From positions 2,668,001 to 2,732,000 of the forward strand of contig NC_045697.1 in the NCBI RefSeq assembly GCF_009834535.1: 64,000 bases of DNA, read 5' to 3'. Below are positions 12,560-46,500 of this stretch, in pieces. This DNA is from Camelus ferus (Eukaryota). How positions within the stretch are numbered: the stretch's first letter is position 1; the number at the start of each line of letters is the position of its first letter. Below the pieces are notes generated by a model, which was not told the origin of the DNA, did no database searches, and was given only the letters and a program-made list of their open reading frames with translations. Made by a program: the position numbers and the translations under genes.

Positions 12560-13400
12560 CACCAGGGCTCGAGGTGATCCCAAGAGAGCAGCAGGGCCGC
12601 GTCGCCCTGGGGGCTCAGGCTTCGGTCTGCGCTGTCGTGAGGAAGGGGCACTTCCCACGGCGCTAAGTTCCTTTCTACGTGTTCCTTCCGGAGCCAGGGG
12701 ACCGCGCCTGACGGGCGGGCGGGCGCGGCGGCCGGTGCGGAGCTGAGGCCGGCTCAGACCCGGGAAGGAGCCCGGCCCTGCCCGGGGGAGGGGGCGCTGC
12801 CCAGCCGCTGCTCATTGTCCTTGTCCTCTCTCGTTGGACGTGGTGCCCTGGGGTTCCTGAATCACGTCTGCTCTTTGCGAACAGCGCCTCCCCACGCCCC
12901 ACCGCCCTAGCGGCGTCCGCACAGTTCCTGTAACACCTGCGTAACGGCGGCTGTTTGCCAGGAGTCCGCAGCCCAGGCGAGGCCAGCAGGTGCGCCGGCT
13001 CCCGCGGCCCCGGGTCCCGCGTGCGGGCCTGCGTGCGCCCGTGCTCAGCCAGGGCTTGGGGCCTGCGATGCAGCCGCCCGGGGCAGAGCTGCCTCCGCCA
13101 GGTGCGGGTCCCCTGGTGCACATCGCCTGCTGAATGCAGAGGGCTCGCCTGGTGCCTGTGCCCCCGCCCGCCCGCCGGCTGTGCCCGAGCCCGCCCTTCC
13201 TCCAACCGGCAAACCTTGTTCTCTAACGAAACAGCCGCCCGCCAGTGACAGCCCAGGTCCACGTACAAATCAATTTGTCTCCACTGAGGGGAGAGAATTG
13301 CAAAGCAAACCAATTATGTGCGTCCCACTGGGCTCGGGGCATGCGGGCCGGGGCGTCGGAGGGGTTGCTTTCCCCACTTCTCTCATGGAACCACCGCCCG
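12560..13400. promoter_or_regulatory. Orphan CpG island about 9.5 kb downstream of the CPZ 3' end
   Basis: CpG-dense stretch with GC boxes (GGGCGGGCGGGCG) and no recognisable coding exon. Confidence 0.65.
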
Positions 13401-16400
13401 CAGGAGAGACGGGGTGCTCTCCAGCCCCTGGGGAGCAAGTGCCCGATTCCTTTTCCCTCCAACGGTCCCGTCAGCAGAAGTGAATAGAGGACCGGCCCTC
13501 ACTTGGGAAGGGTCTGTACAGTTTCCTGGGGTAGCGGTAGCCATAACAGAGCATTGCCAATTGGACACCTTAAAAGCCACTCACAGTGACGGCCCCAGGA
13601 GGCTGCCAGTGCCCTGGCAGAGCGGGGCGGAGAAGGTCTTCCCAGCAGGGTAAGGGGGGTCCTGACCCAGTGGTCACAACCCCGGAGGCAATGCTCCCTC
13701 CGGGAATCGGGACAGGAGCAGGCTGGGTGTTCGCACATCGGTGTCTGGGAGGAAGCACGAGGTTGCTGGGAAGAAGATGACCTGGAGGCTTGGGGAGGCC
13801 AGTTCCAGGACAGAAGGGAGTTCAGCAGCAGCGACACTTAAGATCAGGCAGGACCAGACCCACCCCCTCTACTCAGCTGAGAAGAGTTCGGGGACCGGGT
13901 GAGAAGCTGCAGCACAGCCCAGACGCCAGACCCAGAGCCGACAGGGCTGGAAAGGCCACTCAGACACGCCCCGAGCAACCCCGCACTCTGCAGTCAGCCA
14001 GGGAGGCACGACCTGTGTTTGTAGCAAGCAGCCTTGAGGGATGGGGCGACCTCTGTCCCCCAGGGGTGTTCCTGATGCTCTAGGTATAGTGTCACCCCAA
14101 GAACCTGGGGGAAAGGACTGACCACCACGTAATGCTCGGCGCTTGGTAGTGCCTCGTCCCCCACCCGGGAGCCCTGTGGCCTCTGCCAGAGCTCGCACAA
14201 CGCTCGCGGCTTGTAACAAGGCAAGACGCTGAGCTGAGAGCGAGGAAGTGCAATGGGAAGCAGGAAGATTAAGGAAGTCTCTCTCTGCTGAAGCCACGCT
14301 TCCCGGTCCGCGGCTGGAATGGGGCAGAGAAGGCGGGGTGGGCGGAACTGGCACCACATGCACAAATGACTGAAGACAACGGGGGCAGCTTTTATTTTTT
14401 CCTCTTCTTCCTCCTCCTTGTCCTTGTCTTGCTCACGTTACTTAAAGAGGTGTTGGCTGCGTCAATCAGGAAGGAGACAGCAGTTCTGACTGGTGATGGT
14501 GAAGGCCAAACGGAGGAGGTAGAATTTGCACTGGGGTCAGGGTTTCAAAGGACGCCCCCCTTTTCTGTTGAATATTCTTCAAGAGTCCTGAGTGGGTAGC
14601 AAACGTGGCCAGCCTCAGACATCTCCTGAGTTCCTGGCACCTCATCTACCATCATCTTCCTCCTCGAATCCTGTGCCCAGGAAACAGCGCGGCGTGGAAA
14701 GCGCCAGCCCAGGGGCTTGAGCACCAGCCTCCCCACACCCGTCCTCCACGCCCAAGGCTCATCCTTCAGTTCATCACAGCCAACCAGGGGCCGAGTGGGA
14801 CCACAGTTCTCAGCGATGTGTTCCGCTCACTGGGTGCAGGGCGGGTGTGGAGAGAGGGTGGCCCGGGCTGGTGCTGGTCCCTGAGCACTGGAGGCCCCCC
14901 GTGCCCTGGGTCTGCAGGAAGTCATCTGGGCACCGCTGCCATCTTGGTTTAAGACATTGTGGTTTTGTTTCAGCTGACAGAGATGCAGACTGGCTGGAAC
15001 AGACTCCAATTCTCTTTATTGAATTGGGTGATATTGGATTTATGAAGCTCAACTTTCTGGTGACAAAAAAATTATCTGTATGGCCGCATAAAGACGAACG
15101 AAGCTCAGAGCCACCTCAGAAGGCCGTGTCGGCCGCTAATCCAGCCCCTGGGCTGCTATCGGGCTGGGGGATGGCGTCATCTGCAGGGCTGGGACACAAA
15201 GTGCCCTTTTGGATTTTTCTTAAGCTCACATTAGAAAATTGTGTATAAATTGAATCTCAGCTAAAAGGTAAAGATACTCGACAGCCAAAGGGCAAGGCCG
15301 CCACACACGGCAACGGCTGCGGTTATGTCCAGTCAGACACAGACTAAGAGGGAAAGCAGGGTCTCTAGACTAATCAATTACGTTTGAGTGATTGATCGTA
15401 TATTATTATTGACGAAAGCCCGTAATACGTGAGTTAGAGGAAAGTAGGTTCTCAAAAGATTAGATTTGGACACGAAAATGGAAGGAAAAAAATGACCCTC
15501 ATAAAATCATCAGAGAGTGGTTTATGGTTTAATGCACAGAGCAGCCTGGCGACTGGTCCCAAATTGCTTCTCTCCTCTCCCTGTGGACCGTCCACCTGGG
15601 ACGGAGGGAACTGGACATGGAGCCGAGAGGAGAGTGGTGAGTCCACGGCGCGTTGTCACACGGAGGCGAGGTGCCCGCAGAGGGCAGCAGCAGTGGGCCG
15701 GGTCAGGAAGAGAGGGGTCCCGTGCAAGGAAGTGCCTTCTCACAATGGCAGATCTAGACAGTGACGGCTTCCCTGCAGGGGTGACCTTCCCGCCCCGAGG
15801 CCTTTAAGCACAGGTTGTGAGACCGGCTGTCAGAGCTGCTGGAGAGGAGGTGCTGCTTGGGCGCAAGCGTCTCCAGAAGACCTTGAAGTCCTTCAAAGTC
15901 AAGAGGTCAGGGCTCTGGAGAACGCCACAAGCCAGGGCTGCGGGGGGGCTGGAAGGGACCATGGACGGGGGCAAAGCCCCCGCTTGGCCCCGAGTCTTGT
16001 TCAGATCCCCACCGTTCCCGGGGGTGGCTCCTCGCCCCTCCCACTCCCACCCCCCTCACTGTCACCTACAGCATCTCCTCCTGCTTCACAAGGAGAGTGG
16101 AAGCCTTGCACTTCCCATGCCTGAGGCCACCCACAGCCCCAACCGGGGCCAAGGCCCCGCCGCCCCCTACTCCTACCCCTGGGCTCTCTCCTGCCCCGAT
16201 CCTCCCAGTCCCTAAAGCAACAACCAACAGACAAGGAGGGCTCGGGGACGCTTGCTCTGGAATTATGCCACGTCTCCATCCTCGGGGGTTCCAGCTCCCA
16301 CCTTCCTCACAGGCAGGCCAGGGAGGCGTGGCCAGCCCCCCCCCCCCGGCACCCTCAGCCCCCACCCTGCCCCGCCCCTTGCCAGGCTCACCCAGCTTTC

Positions 16401-16719
16401 CTCCTCCTTCTCAGCCATTCATTCCTTGTTCAATCAGCGTCAGCGCCAGTCTGTCACAGGAGCTGGGACACGCAACGAGCCAGACCCACACGCCCCCTGC
16501 CCCATGGAGCTCGTGGTCCACAGGGACAGCAGACCATGGAGGGAGGCGTGCATGACGAGAACCCCAGGACCGAGGACGGGCGTGCCGCAGGCCCACTCCC
16601 CCAGGCCGCACATCCCCTCAGTCCTCGGCGGCTCATCAGTGAGCACTGACACCTGGATGTCACTCAGCGTCACTCCTGTCATCTCTGGGTGCTCCTTCCA
16701 ATAAGCCTCCTCTCTGCCT

Positions 16720-18560
16720 TTTTTAAAAAAATAGAGTCAAAATTCATATAGCATAAAATTCACCATTTTAAACTTTTTAAAGTATATAATGAGTTTTAGT
16801 GTATTTCCAGAGCTGTGCAACCAACACCACCCTCTAATTCCAGACTAGTCCACATCAGCCCCTAAAACCCCACACCCACCAGCAGCCACCCCCAACTCCC
16901 TCGTCCCCAGCCCCGGGCACCCCGGTCCCATCCGTCCTGCGGTACCCGACCTGTTCAAGTTACCCGGTCTTCTTTGGCGAAGTCCCGTCATTGATGTTTA
17001 CATTTTTATATATTTAATTTGCATTTTTTCCAGAAAGCTATCTCTTTTTCTCTTGCTCTTCAGGTTTACTGCCATCGAGTTACATAAAACTTTAAGAAAT
17101 CTGTTTAACTCTCTCTCGGTTTTCCGGCCGTGTCTTCTCGGTCTTGGCCACGCCTCCTCCAGGCTATGTCTTCACCGCTTTATGAGGGACTCATCTGTTC
17201 TGCTGCTCTTCGGGAAGAGCCGGCCCTGGGGCTTGTTAGCACTTTCTATTCTTTCCGTTGTTTTGCTCTCTTGGTCTCTCTCCTCTGCTATTTTCCTCTT
17301 CTTATCCTTTGGGGTTTTTTGGTAATACTGTCTTTTTTTTCATGCTGAGTAATTTATCGCTGTCCTTGGTGGTAAATTAATCTGTGTTTTTATCAGTGAT
17401 GAACGCACCTGAAGCTCGGATGCTTCCTGGGGCGCCCGCGCTCACCGCGCCCCACTGAGGACCTCCCCTTGTCTCTGCACTCGAATTAGTCCCTGATTCC
17501 AGGGCTCATTCGTTTTCCCTCCAAGGAGGTCGTGCAGAGCAGGCCGGCTCCCCGAGGCCGTTCTCCCCTTTTCTGTGGTAGCAGAGCCCTCAGATTTTAT
17601 GGGGCCCGCTCCCACCCAGGATAAAACCTATAGCTGCCAGCACCCCCGGGCCAGGCAGGACCATGTGACTGGGTTCTGGCCGCCGGGATGTGAGCAGACG
17701 TGATGGGGTCGAGCGGGGACCCTGGGGGTGAGGGCGCCCTGAGGTGGCGGAGCAGCCTGCTGTATGAGCACAGCCCAGCCCAGCCTTCAAACTCCCAGCG
17801 GCCGCGTTCACTCTTCTGCTGACTCCCTGCCGCAGCTCCCCGTTCTCTGGGGTAGAGCACGGCTGAAGAGCGCGCATCTCGTTTTCTCAGTGGTAAAGGG
17901 TTGGGGGTTTTTTTGGGGGGGGAGGGAGGCAGGTGGTCAAAATGTTATTTACCATTTCGAATTTTTCAAGAATATGGCTAGAGAAAATCTCAACCTTTGA
18001 AATTTTTCTGAAGATTTACTCTGTGACTACGGATATTATCCATTCTTGTAAATGCTTAGTGGGCCTTGGGAAGAACATGTAGCCTCTGTTTGAAGTATGA
18101 AATGTTTGCAAACATCCATTAAATTGAGTTTGCTGCTGGCGGGGTGCCATTGCTCTAAAACCTGATTGGCTAGTTGGTCATCTACTAGGTAAGTCTGATT
18201 CTGAAAATGGCACATGGCAATCCCTGGCGGAATCCTGTTTTTATTACGTTCTCCTTACCGTTTTAGATAACTTGGTATAAGATAGTTAGCCACTAAGTTG
18301 ATTACTGTAAATATGGATCTATTATTTTATCTTACTCACAAATTGTTCTTTTAATTCTTTGAAATGCCTCTTTCCCTTTTACTGTTTTTGATGTTCAGTT
18401 CCTCCTTCTCTGGACTGAAAATCCTACCCTTGTCCTTTTGTCGGAGTTCTGGGCGTCCCTGGAACATCCCTTTACTCTCAAGCATTCTGTATCACTTGCC
18501 TTGAAGCATGCTTCTTTAAAATACAGCCTTTTTTGTAGCCCAGATTGGGGTCTCTGTCTT
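16720..18560 (-). mobile_element. Degenerate L1M fragments, interrupted
   Basis: AAATTCATATAGCATAAAATTCACCATTTTA...GTGCAACCA..ACC is an antisense L1 3' end, followed by T-rich relics. Confidence 0.55.
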
Positions 18561-19159
18561 CTAACAGGACCCCAGCGTGTGCACAGCCCTGGCGGTCTGC
18601 GTCCCGCTCCTTCTGTGTCCTTCCTGCTCACCGTCCACTTCTCTTTCTCTGGGATCTTTTCGCTTTTGCTCATCTTTTGCTGCTGTTCGTCCCCCAACGG
18701 CTTCCTCCTCATCAGCGTCTGTGAGTGACCTGGGCTCTCTCCTTCCACCAGGGGTCCCCTTCCCTTCCCTGCCTCCACCTCAAACTCCAGCAGTACTACA
18801 GGAAATCAAGACACCCGCCACCAGGGACCCCAGCCCCGGCTGCGACCTCTGCCCCCTCTGGAAGTGCCCCCTCCCGGCGCCCGGCCCGCTGCAGGAGGGC
18901 TAGGACCAGCTCCCGCCGCCGGAGGCTACCCGGTCAGCCTGCGGCTGGCTTCCCCAACCGCCTTTTCTTACTGAAAGCCCAGGGCCTGGCGCTCTGACAT
19001 CAGTCTCGCAACAAGCCCGGCAAGAGGACCCTGCTTTCAGTCTCTTAAGTTCCTGATGTCTTCCCTTGATCCTTGAAAATCTGGAAATCTCTTTCTGTCG
19101 GTGACCCACGGATTCTGTCTGAGGAGGCAGTGAGAGAGTAGCAAAGAGCACAGACCCTT

Positions 19160-19330
19160 CCAGGCTTCCAACTGTGGCTGTGTGACTGTGGGTAAGTTAC
19201 TGAACCTCTCTGTGCCCACAAGATGGGGGCGATGCTAATGCTCATCAATGAGAGGTAACAACTTAAATGAGCTCGCACACGGAAGGCACTTTGAGCAGCG
19301 CCTGGGCAGGAGAACAGCGTGGGCATCAGC
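19160..19330 (+). mobile_element. MIR SINE
   Basis: GCTGTGTGACTGTGGGTAAGTTACTGAACCTCTCTGTGCC. Confidence 0.65.
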
Positions 19331-19879
19331 TCACCGCGATAGCTTATCCCACGTTCACCGAGGTGTCGGCTGCCGGGCAGAGCCTTTCCCCAGTGCTTGG
19401 TGGCATCACTTCCAGCTCTCAGAGTAACAGATGACAAGTCCGATGCCAATCTGGTGCTTTGTCCTCTGTAAGTTGTTGTTTTTTTTTTTTCCTTTAAAAA
19501 GGTGATAAGACTTTTGTTCCTCCCCAGGCTTCAGGAAGGTCATCAGGCTACACCTGGCGGTGTGTCCCTGCGCGTCCTGCCTGGAGCCTGCAGCACTCTT
19601 TCCCTCTGCAGCTGTGGCTTCATTGTCAGCTCAGATGTTCTCTGCTGTTCGTTCTTGTCCCCCCAGGATTTGCATATGGCGCGGCAGGACCTGTCCCCGC
19701 AACCCCTTCTCCCTCGGACTCTTCTCTCGGTGGTCCTTTGACTCTGCGTCTCATGTCGCTCTCCCACGTGGCCTTCCCCGATGCTAACGCGGAGCAAGCC
19801 ACAGGCTCCCCCTTAATCCACCTGGTAAGTGGGTTTGGGTTTACAAAGCACAGTTCTTAAGAATGTTACTCAAGTATAG

Positions 19880-20140
19880 ATCAAACTTTGCTGTAAGACG
19901 AGTAATTCTGGGTGTCTGTTGTAGTTCACAAGGCTGTATTACACATTCGAAATTTGCCAAGAGCATGGATCTTCAATCTTCTCACCCAAAAGAAGTGATA
20001 ATAATGTGGAAGTGATGGAGATGTTAACCAATCCCACTGGGGCAATCATTTCACAATATACAAGTGTATCAAATCAATCCACTGTGCATCTTTACCTTAC
20101 TCAAGGCTACATGTTGGCTATATCTCAATAAAGCTGGAAA
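19880..20140 (+). mobile_element. L1MA-like 3' end
   Basis: GAAATTTGCCAAGAG...AATCATTTCACAATATACAAGTGTATCAAATCA...TATCTCAATAAAGCTGG. Confidence 0.7.
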
Positions 20141-20491
20141 GCCCACACATTTCATTGAATAAGATGCAGCTGTCCTGAAAAGTGAACTAGTTCCCAACTT
20201 CTCCCCACAAGGAGGAGGCACCTAATGCCTACTGTCACTGTATCCGTCCCTGGCTACATCAAGCTCAAATTCAAAAAAAAAAAAAATACATGGTTTCTCC
20301 TTCTGGAACCTTCGCCTGCCTTCTTGAGTCTCCACGTCTCCCCACCCACAGCCGTCTCCTGCAGCGCCTGCTCCAGGGCGTGCCCGTGGCTCTTTGCTGC
20401 GATGGCTTCACGACCTTAGATGCCAGGACCAGTGAAAGCTAACTATTTGACCTTGCATCCTTAGTGGCTTGTTTTCCAGGACAAAAGGAAC

Positions 20492-20517
20492 CACACACAC
20501 ACACACACACACACACA
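20492..20517 (+). repeat. (CA)13 microsatellite
   Basis: Visible directly. Confidence 0.95.
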
Positions 20518-21814
20518 GGAAAATCTTAAACTGTTTTTGGTCATCACACTGTGGGTGGTGGGGTCGTCCTGAGGCTGGGGTACACATATCAGGAATAAAG
20601 CAATAAAGTAATTCTTACAAACACTAGCTCAGTCCTTCCCACCGTTGTTGAAAACAGGGAGCTCAGAGTGGGGTTAAGTAATTCTAAGTTTAGATTGGAG
20701 TCTTCAACAGGAAGCCATCAATGTTTCCCCCTTGAAAGGAGACCTATTCCCAGCTCTGTCCTCTGCTCAGCCTAGAAGCCACGATGCACCCCTGAACCCT
20801 AGTGGGGCGGCAATGAGGAGCCCGGCGCACAGGTTACGCTTCCAAAAACCGTTTCCCACCATAGAAGCCAGGAGACTCGAGAAAATGGGGCTGAGCTAGA
20901 GGACCTGGTTCAAGGAGCTGCCAGATGGAAAGGGTGTCCCCGAGGACAGGCCAGTCTTATTGAAAGGACGCAGGAGCCACCACGAGGTCTCCACTGGCCA
21001 CAGATGAACTGTGTGAGCACAAGAAAGGGGCTGGGAGGGAGACACGTGTCCTGTCTCCACGGTCCCCCATGCCTCTCGGACATCTGTCTCCTCAGCCCCA
21101 CCCCCACCCTGGGCCCCGCCCTCCGCTCCTGGAGTGAACTCGGCGCTGGACTGAGCTGCCCCTGCGTCTCACGCGGGGAGAGCCCCGGAGGCCGCTGCGA
21201 ACAGCAGAGCGGGTGAGAGCAAGAACCTTGTCCTGCGGGAGGCACCGAGCTGCCGCCCGCAGGCTGCGGGGTCCTGGGCTCATCACACAAGCTCTCTGGG
21301 CGGCACCTACATGTGTGCAGCAGGGATAGGAGTCCAGAGTGCCTAGCACACAGTGGGGCTAAATAAATGCTGACCTTCAGAAGCACAGACCCATGGGCGA
21401 TTGCAGAGTAGAGGGGCTCCGAAAAACTACGAGATGCTTGACAAAAGCACGTGTCCTCCTTGGATGCACACGCTCGCTTTGCAAACTCTGAACCGCTGAA
21501 CCGGGACCAGACTGTGCGACGGGGGGATGCCTAGTCCCCGCCTGCACTTCCCCCCATGAAAACACCGCCACCCAGCATCAGAGCACGTCTGCTCTCGTCA
21601 GCTTCGGTCCGGAGTGGCAGGAAGCAATCCAACGATGCTGATGGTGACGGTAGGGGTCAGGCTAGTCTTCAGCTGGGGTCAAGGCACTGCTCCAATGGGA
21701 TACCCTGCTTCTCTGTGGGGGTCAACCTTGCCCCAGCCCAGGACACTAGGACATAAAGGGCCCCAAGACACAGCCAGGAGGAAGCAAGGAACCGACTGCG
21801 TTGCAGACAATCCT

Positions 21815-22070
21815 GGTCCGATGGGTTGGATGGCGTCCCCCCTAGAATTTACACAGACATGGAAGGAAGGTGATGTGAAGGGACGGGGTGAAGACGCCAT
21901 TCAGAAGCCAAGGACACAGACCTGGGCAGATCCTCCTTCATGGCCTCAGCAAGAACCAACCCTGCTGACACTTTGACTCTGACTCCCAGCCTCCAGGACC
22001 AGGAGACAGCCGTCTGTGGTCTGAGCCCTAGTCTGCGGGGCTTTGTTACACGGCCCTAGCTGACTAGCAC
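21815..22070 (+). mobile_element. MaLR solo LTR (MLT1 family), internally deleted
   Basis: ATGGGTTGGATGGCGTCCCCC...GAACCAACCCTGCTGACACTTTGACT..CAGCCTCCAG...TTTGTTACACGGCCCTAG. Confidence 0.7.
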
Positions 22071-22769
22071 ACCCTCTCTCTGGCAATCACTCCCTGCCCC
22101 ATAGATCCCAGGACCAACAGACCCACCTGACCTAGAGAGGTGAGCCTGGAGGGGGTCCTGTGGGGAGTTTGGGGCCTTAGGTTTCCCTGGACCTGAGTTG
22201 GTGGCATCACAGGATGAGGAGGCACCAAGGGAGCCCCTTCCTCCTTGAGTCAGGACCCTATAGTAGCCTGGGAGCCTCTAAGCATGACCCTTAGGTGGTG
22301 TTCCTTGCTCGCTCTCCTGCCCTTGAGCCTGTGACCTTGAGGGGGTCTCCACTGCCCATCCCTACTCCCCCAGTCAGTCTCCCCCCACCTTTGTCCTTTG
22401 CCTCCCACCTGCACATACTCTAGACACACAGCCTTCAGCCGCAGGACCCAGAGTCTGGCTTGAGCCCGGCCCCACCCTCTCCGTGTGTGTCCTTAGAACG
22501 TCATGTGCCCCACTGAGCCTCCATTTCCGGTCTGTCAAGTAGAGGCCACTCGACGTTGGAGGCCTGGCATTCCAGGAAAGGGCCACCAGGCACAGACAGG
22601 TTTGAAGGGCAGCCCTGCTTCCGGCCACCTGTCGGGCAGAGGAGCCCTTGCCCCAGGGTCACACAGGTGCACAAGGCCAGGGCGGCCCTCTCTCCATCAG
22701 GCACCATGGATTCTCCCGCAGGTGCCTCGCACAGAGCCTCTCATCACGGTGGGAGGGGAATAAAAACAC

Positions 22770-22775
22770 TTTAAT
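22770..22775 (-). terminator. Probable CPZ polyadenylation signal (ATTAAA)
   Basis: ATTAAA about 95 nt after the stop codon on the minus strand, followed by GT/T-rich sequence. Confidence 0.6.
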
Positions 22776-22868
22776 AAAATGGAAAAGGCTTAGTGGGATG
22801 TCTTTGGAAGACAGATCAAGAGCAGGAGCCCTGGGCCAGGCATGTGCCTGGCACGAGCAGGCGGGTGC

Positions 22869-43518
<20,650 letters not shown>

Positions 43519-46500
43519 GGTGGGCGGCGGGCAGGGCGGCGGGCGAGTGATGTGGCACTCGGGCCGGGGCGCAGCGCCGCTCGGGCTCCCGCCCCCCACG
43601 AGCGAGCGCGGAGTCGGGTTACAGCGAGGCGCCAGGAACCGCGCAGAGCGATGCGGCGGGAGGGACAGGGCAGCGCCCAGCCTGCTTCCGGGCCGGTGCT
43701 CCGCCCCCAGGGTGAGCGCCCCCCTTGGGGCTCGGCTTCCACCTCCCACCTGACCTCTGGATCCTCTGCTGACCCTGCCTACAAACCCTGATTCCTGGAC
43801 GGGGCCGGCTCGGGGGCGAGGCGGGGTCCTCGCCCAGCACTGGACCCAACTGGCTGTGAGCCAGGCCAAACACCCCTCAGCTCTGGGCCCAGGTCCCATG
43901 AGAGGAGTGAGGGAGTGTCCCCACCTCCCCACCCTGTCCTCCGCCATGGAAGCACCTGGAGGGTCTCTAGGGGGTGTTTAGGTACCAGAAAGGGCGAGGA
44001 GCTCTGTTGCCTTGAGCGACTGCTCACCTTTGAGCCTACACCCCAGGGAGAAGCTCCCTGCTGTGCTCTCAGAAAGCCTGGAAACTAAGGGTGTCAGTCC
44101 ACTGACTCAGCACAGACCATCCTGGGGTTGGCATAAAAGCTCCCTGGGGTGCCTCTTCCCTTCTCCCCCCACACCAGATGAGAGGCAAAAGCAATGTGGA
44201 GGGGCCAGAGAGCCCAGTGCAGACACCCCAGCTCCACTGTCTGCACCTGTGGGAGTGAGAGAGCCCCCTCACTTCCCTCCCCTCCCCCATGTCCCACCTG
44301 CATCACCTGGAGCCATCTGGGCAGGTGGCCTGAAGGGCCTGGGAGGAGGGAGGCCCAGGACCCTCAGACCCAAGGTGAGAGAAAGGTGGACCTTGCTCTC
44401 TGCCCAGAGCCCTTCTCTCCGCCCAGGATCAGGACTGCTTTGGTGTTTAGCCAGCGCCTTTGAAGCTCCCCCTGCCCCAGAGCTGAACAGGGGCTCACTC
44501 TGCCATCCAGATGTGCACACATCTGCCTGCCAGCCACTTCTCACAGTCCCCCAGCTGCAGTCCAGCCAGCGTGAACACTGGTACGCTCATGCCCTGAGCA
44601 CTGGGGACAATGCGGGCCAGACATGGGGTCCACAGCCCAGCATTGTCACCTGGGCCAGGCCCCTCCAACACTGGGCTGTTGGCCCAGCCGCTCTGTAGAG
44701 CCAGGTGCCTTTATGGATTTCCTTCACCAGCTGTGCTGGGCAGCGGGGAGGCCAGATCCTGGAGCCAGATGCCACTCAGCCCTAAGACTTGGGATGAGCC
44801 ACTTAGCCCAGAGGGTGGGGTGACAGTGACAGTACCTCCTATGTGGACACATAGGAAGAAGGCTTCAATCCATCCCTGGCTCAGAGAAGGAGCCACTCAC
44901 TCCAGCCACCGCAGAACCTCTGAGTCTGGGGCGCTGGTGCTCCACGCTGCCCTCTGTCCACCTGGACTGCGGCTTCATCCTTCCAGAAGCCCCTTGCTCC
45001 AGCCCGTCTCCCAGGCACTCTCCTTTGACTTCCCCTCTGAGGTTTCTGCTCACGCTGGGAGGGTGAGTGCAGGTCCCAGGCTTCCCGAGTGCCAGCTGGT
45101 GGTACACGTTCTTGGGGAGGCATCTTCACTTCCCCTCCACCACCGCGGTGTGCCAGCGTGAGCGCAGGTGACCCTCGTGCTGTCCCCTCCTGGGGTGGGC
45201 TCCATTCTGAGCCTGTGGCCCTTCGGTGGCCAGGCCTGTGCCTCCGACTGCAGCCCACTCGTCAGGTTAGGTTTTCTTTCTGAGCGGTGCCTAAAATAAC
45301 GACAGAGCTTGAAACGAGCAGCACTTTTGATCGGACAGAAAGGTCAGCGTTCACTGCTGTGTTTAAAGACTCAGGGGGAATTTGGTAATCCCCTCCACGG
45401 CCACCCTCCTTTCTCCCCAGTGAAGTTGGAAGAAACAAGCTCTTGCACAAAGCTTTTTAGTCAAGAGAACATGACCCACCAAATTGTCAGGGGCAAGTCA
45501 CAGGCAAGGTTAACCCTTTGCAAGGGCCAAACCCTCCCCATTCACTGCATCCCAGCCAGTCAAGCCAGTCCACCAAATAATGGGCCAGGAGGGGCGGGGA
45601 CAGCATGCAGCCAGACCTGCACATTAGGGGCCAGGTGGAGCAGCAGACGCAGCTGGAGTCTGAGTCTGCAAGAACTCAAATGCCAGGGCCGGTGGACCAG
45701 CCCACGGTAGCTGCTCATGGAATAAGAATACTAAGCGAGAAGCCACACAGTATCTCAGAGAGAGCAGAGGCACTGCCGTCCCCTACCCATCACTTCAACA
45801 GTCGAAGGACCCTCGGCCAGACCCTGGCCTCAGCCAGGGGCTCTCAATGACTGTGTGGGGGTGGTTCGGCAGCCGGGAGCCCAAAGAGGGCTGGAAGTCC
45901 CCTCCGCCGGCCTGTAGATGGTTTCCTGTGCGCCCCTCCTTCGGTGCCGGGCTGAAGCATCCAGATTTCCGGGGGCCACTCCCATGCCCTTACCCCAGCG
46001 GAAACCCCCTCCCATGCTTCCTCTGCGACAGCGCTTGATTCAGTAAACTTAGCATGTTTAATTCAACCGTGAGGGCTGTCCACCCACAGGTTCAGTATCC
46101 CCCTGCTGGGCAGTGGAGAGAGGTCCTCATCTCACACAGCCTTTGCTTGGAGTTGCCAAGGAAGCTGGCAGCCACCCCGTGTGCAGAGGCAAGTGGTCCC
46201 CGCCCCGTGGGTCTCAGGTTCTCCGAGCATCACATAGGAGCCAAGGACCCTCCCGAGAAGAGAACGTGCTGTGCTGGGTGCTGCTGGTTCGTGCACTGGG
46301 AAAGAACGAGGTTTGCAGGGTTGAGCACCCCTCCCCCGCCCCCACACACGTGGTGCAGGGTCTCAGCCAGGTGATCCTGGAAGCCCAGCGAGGGATCCAC
46401 TTTGGGGGTAACGGACAATTGGCTCTGGGCTAACTGCAAAGGCAGCATTCACTCCTTTCCAGAGAAATGAGAGACCCTTTGAATAAGGTGTTCACCAGGT

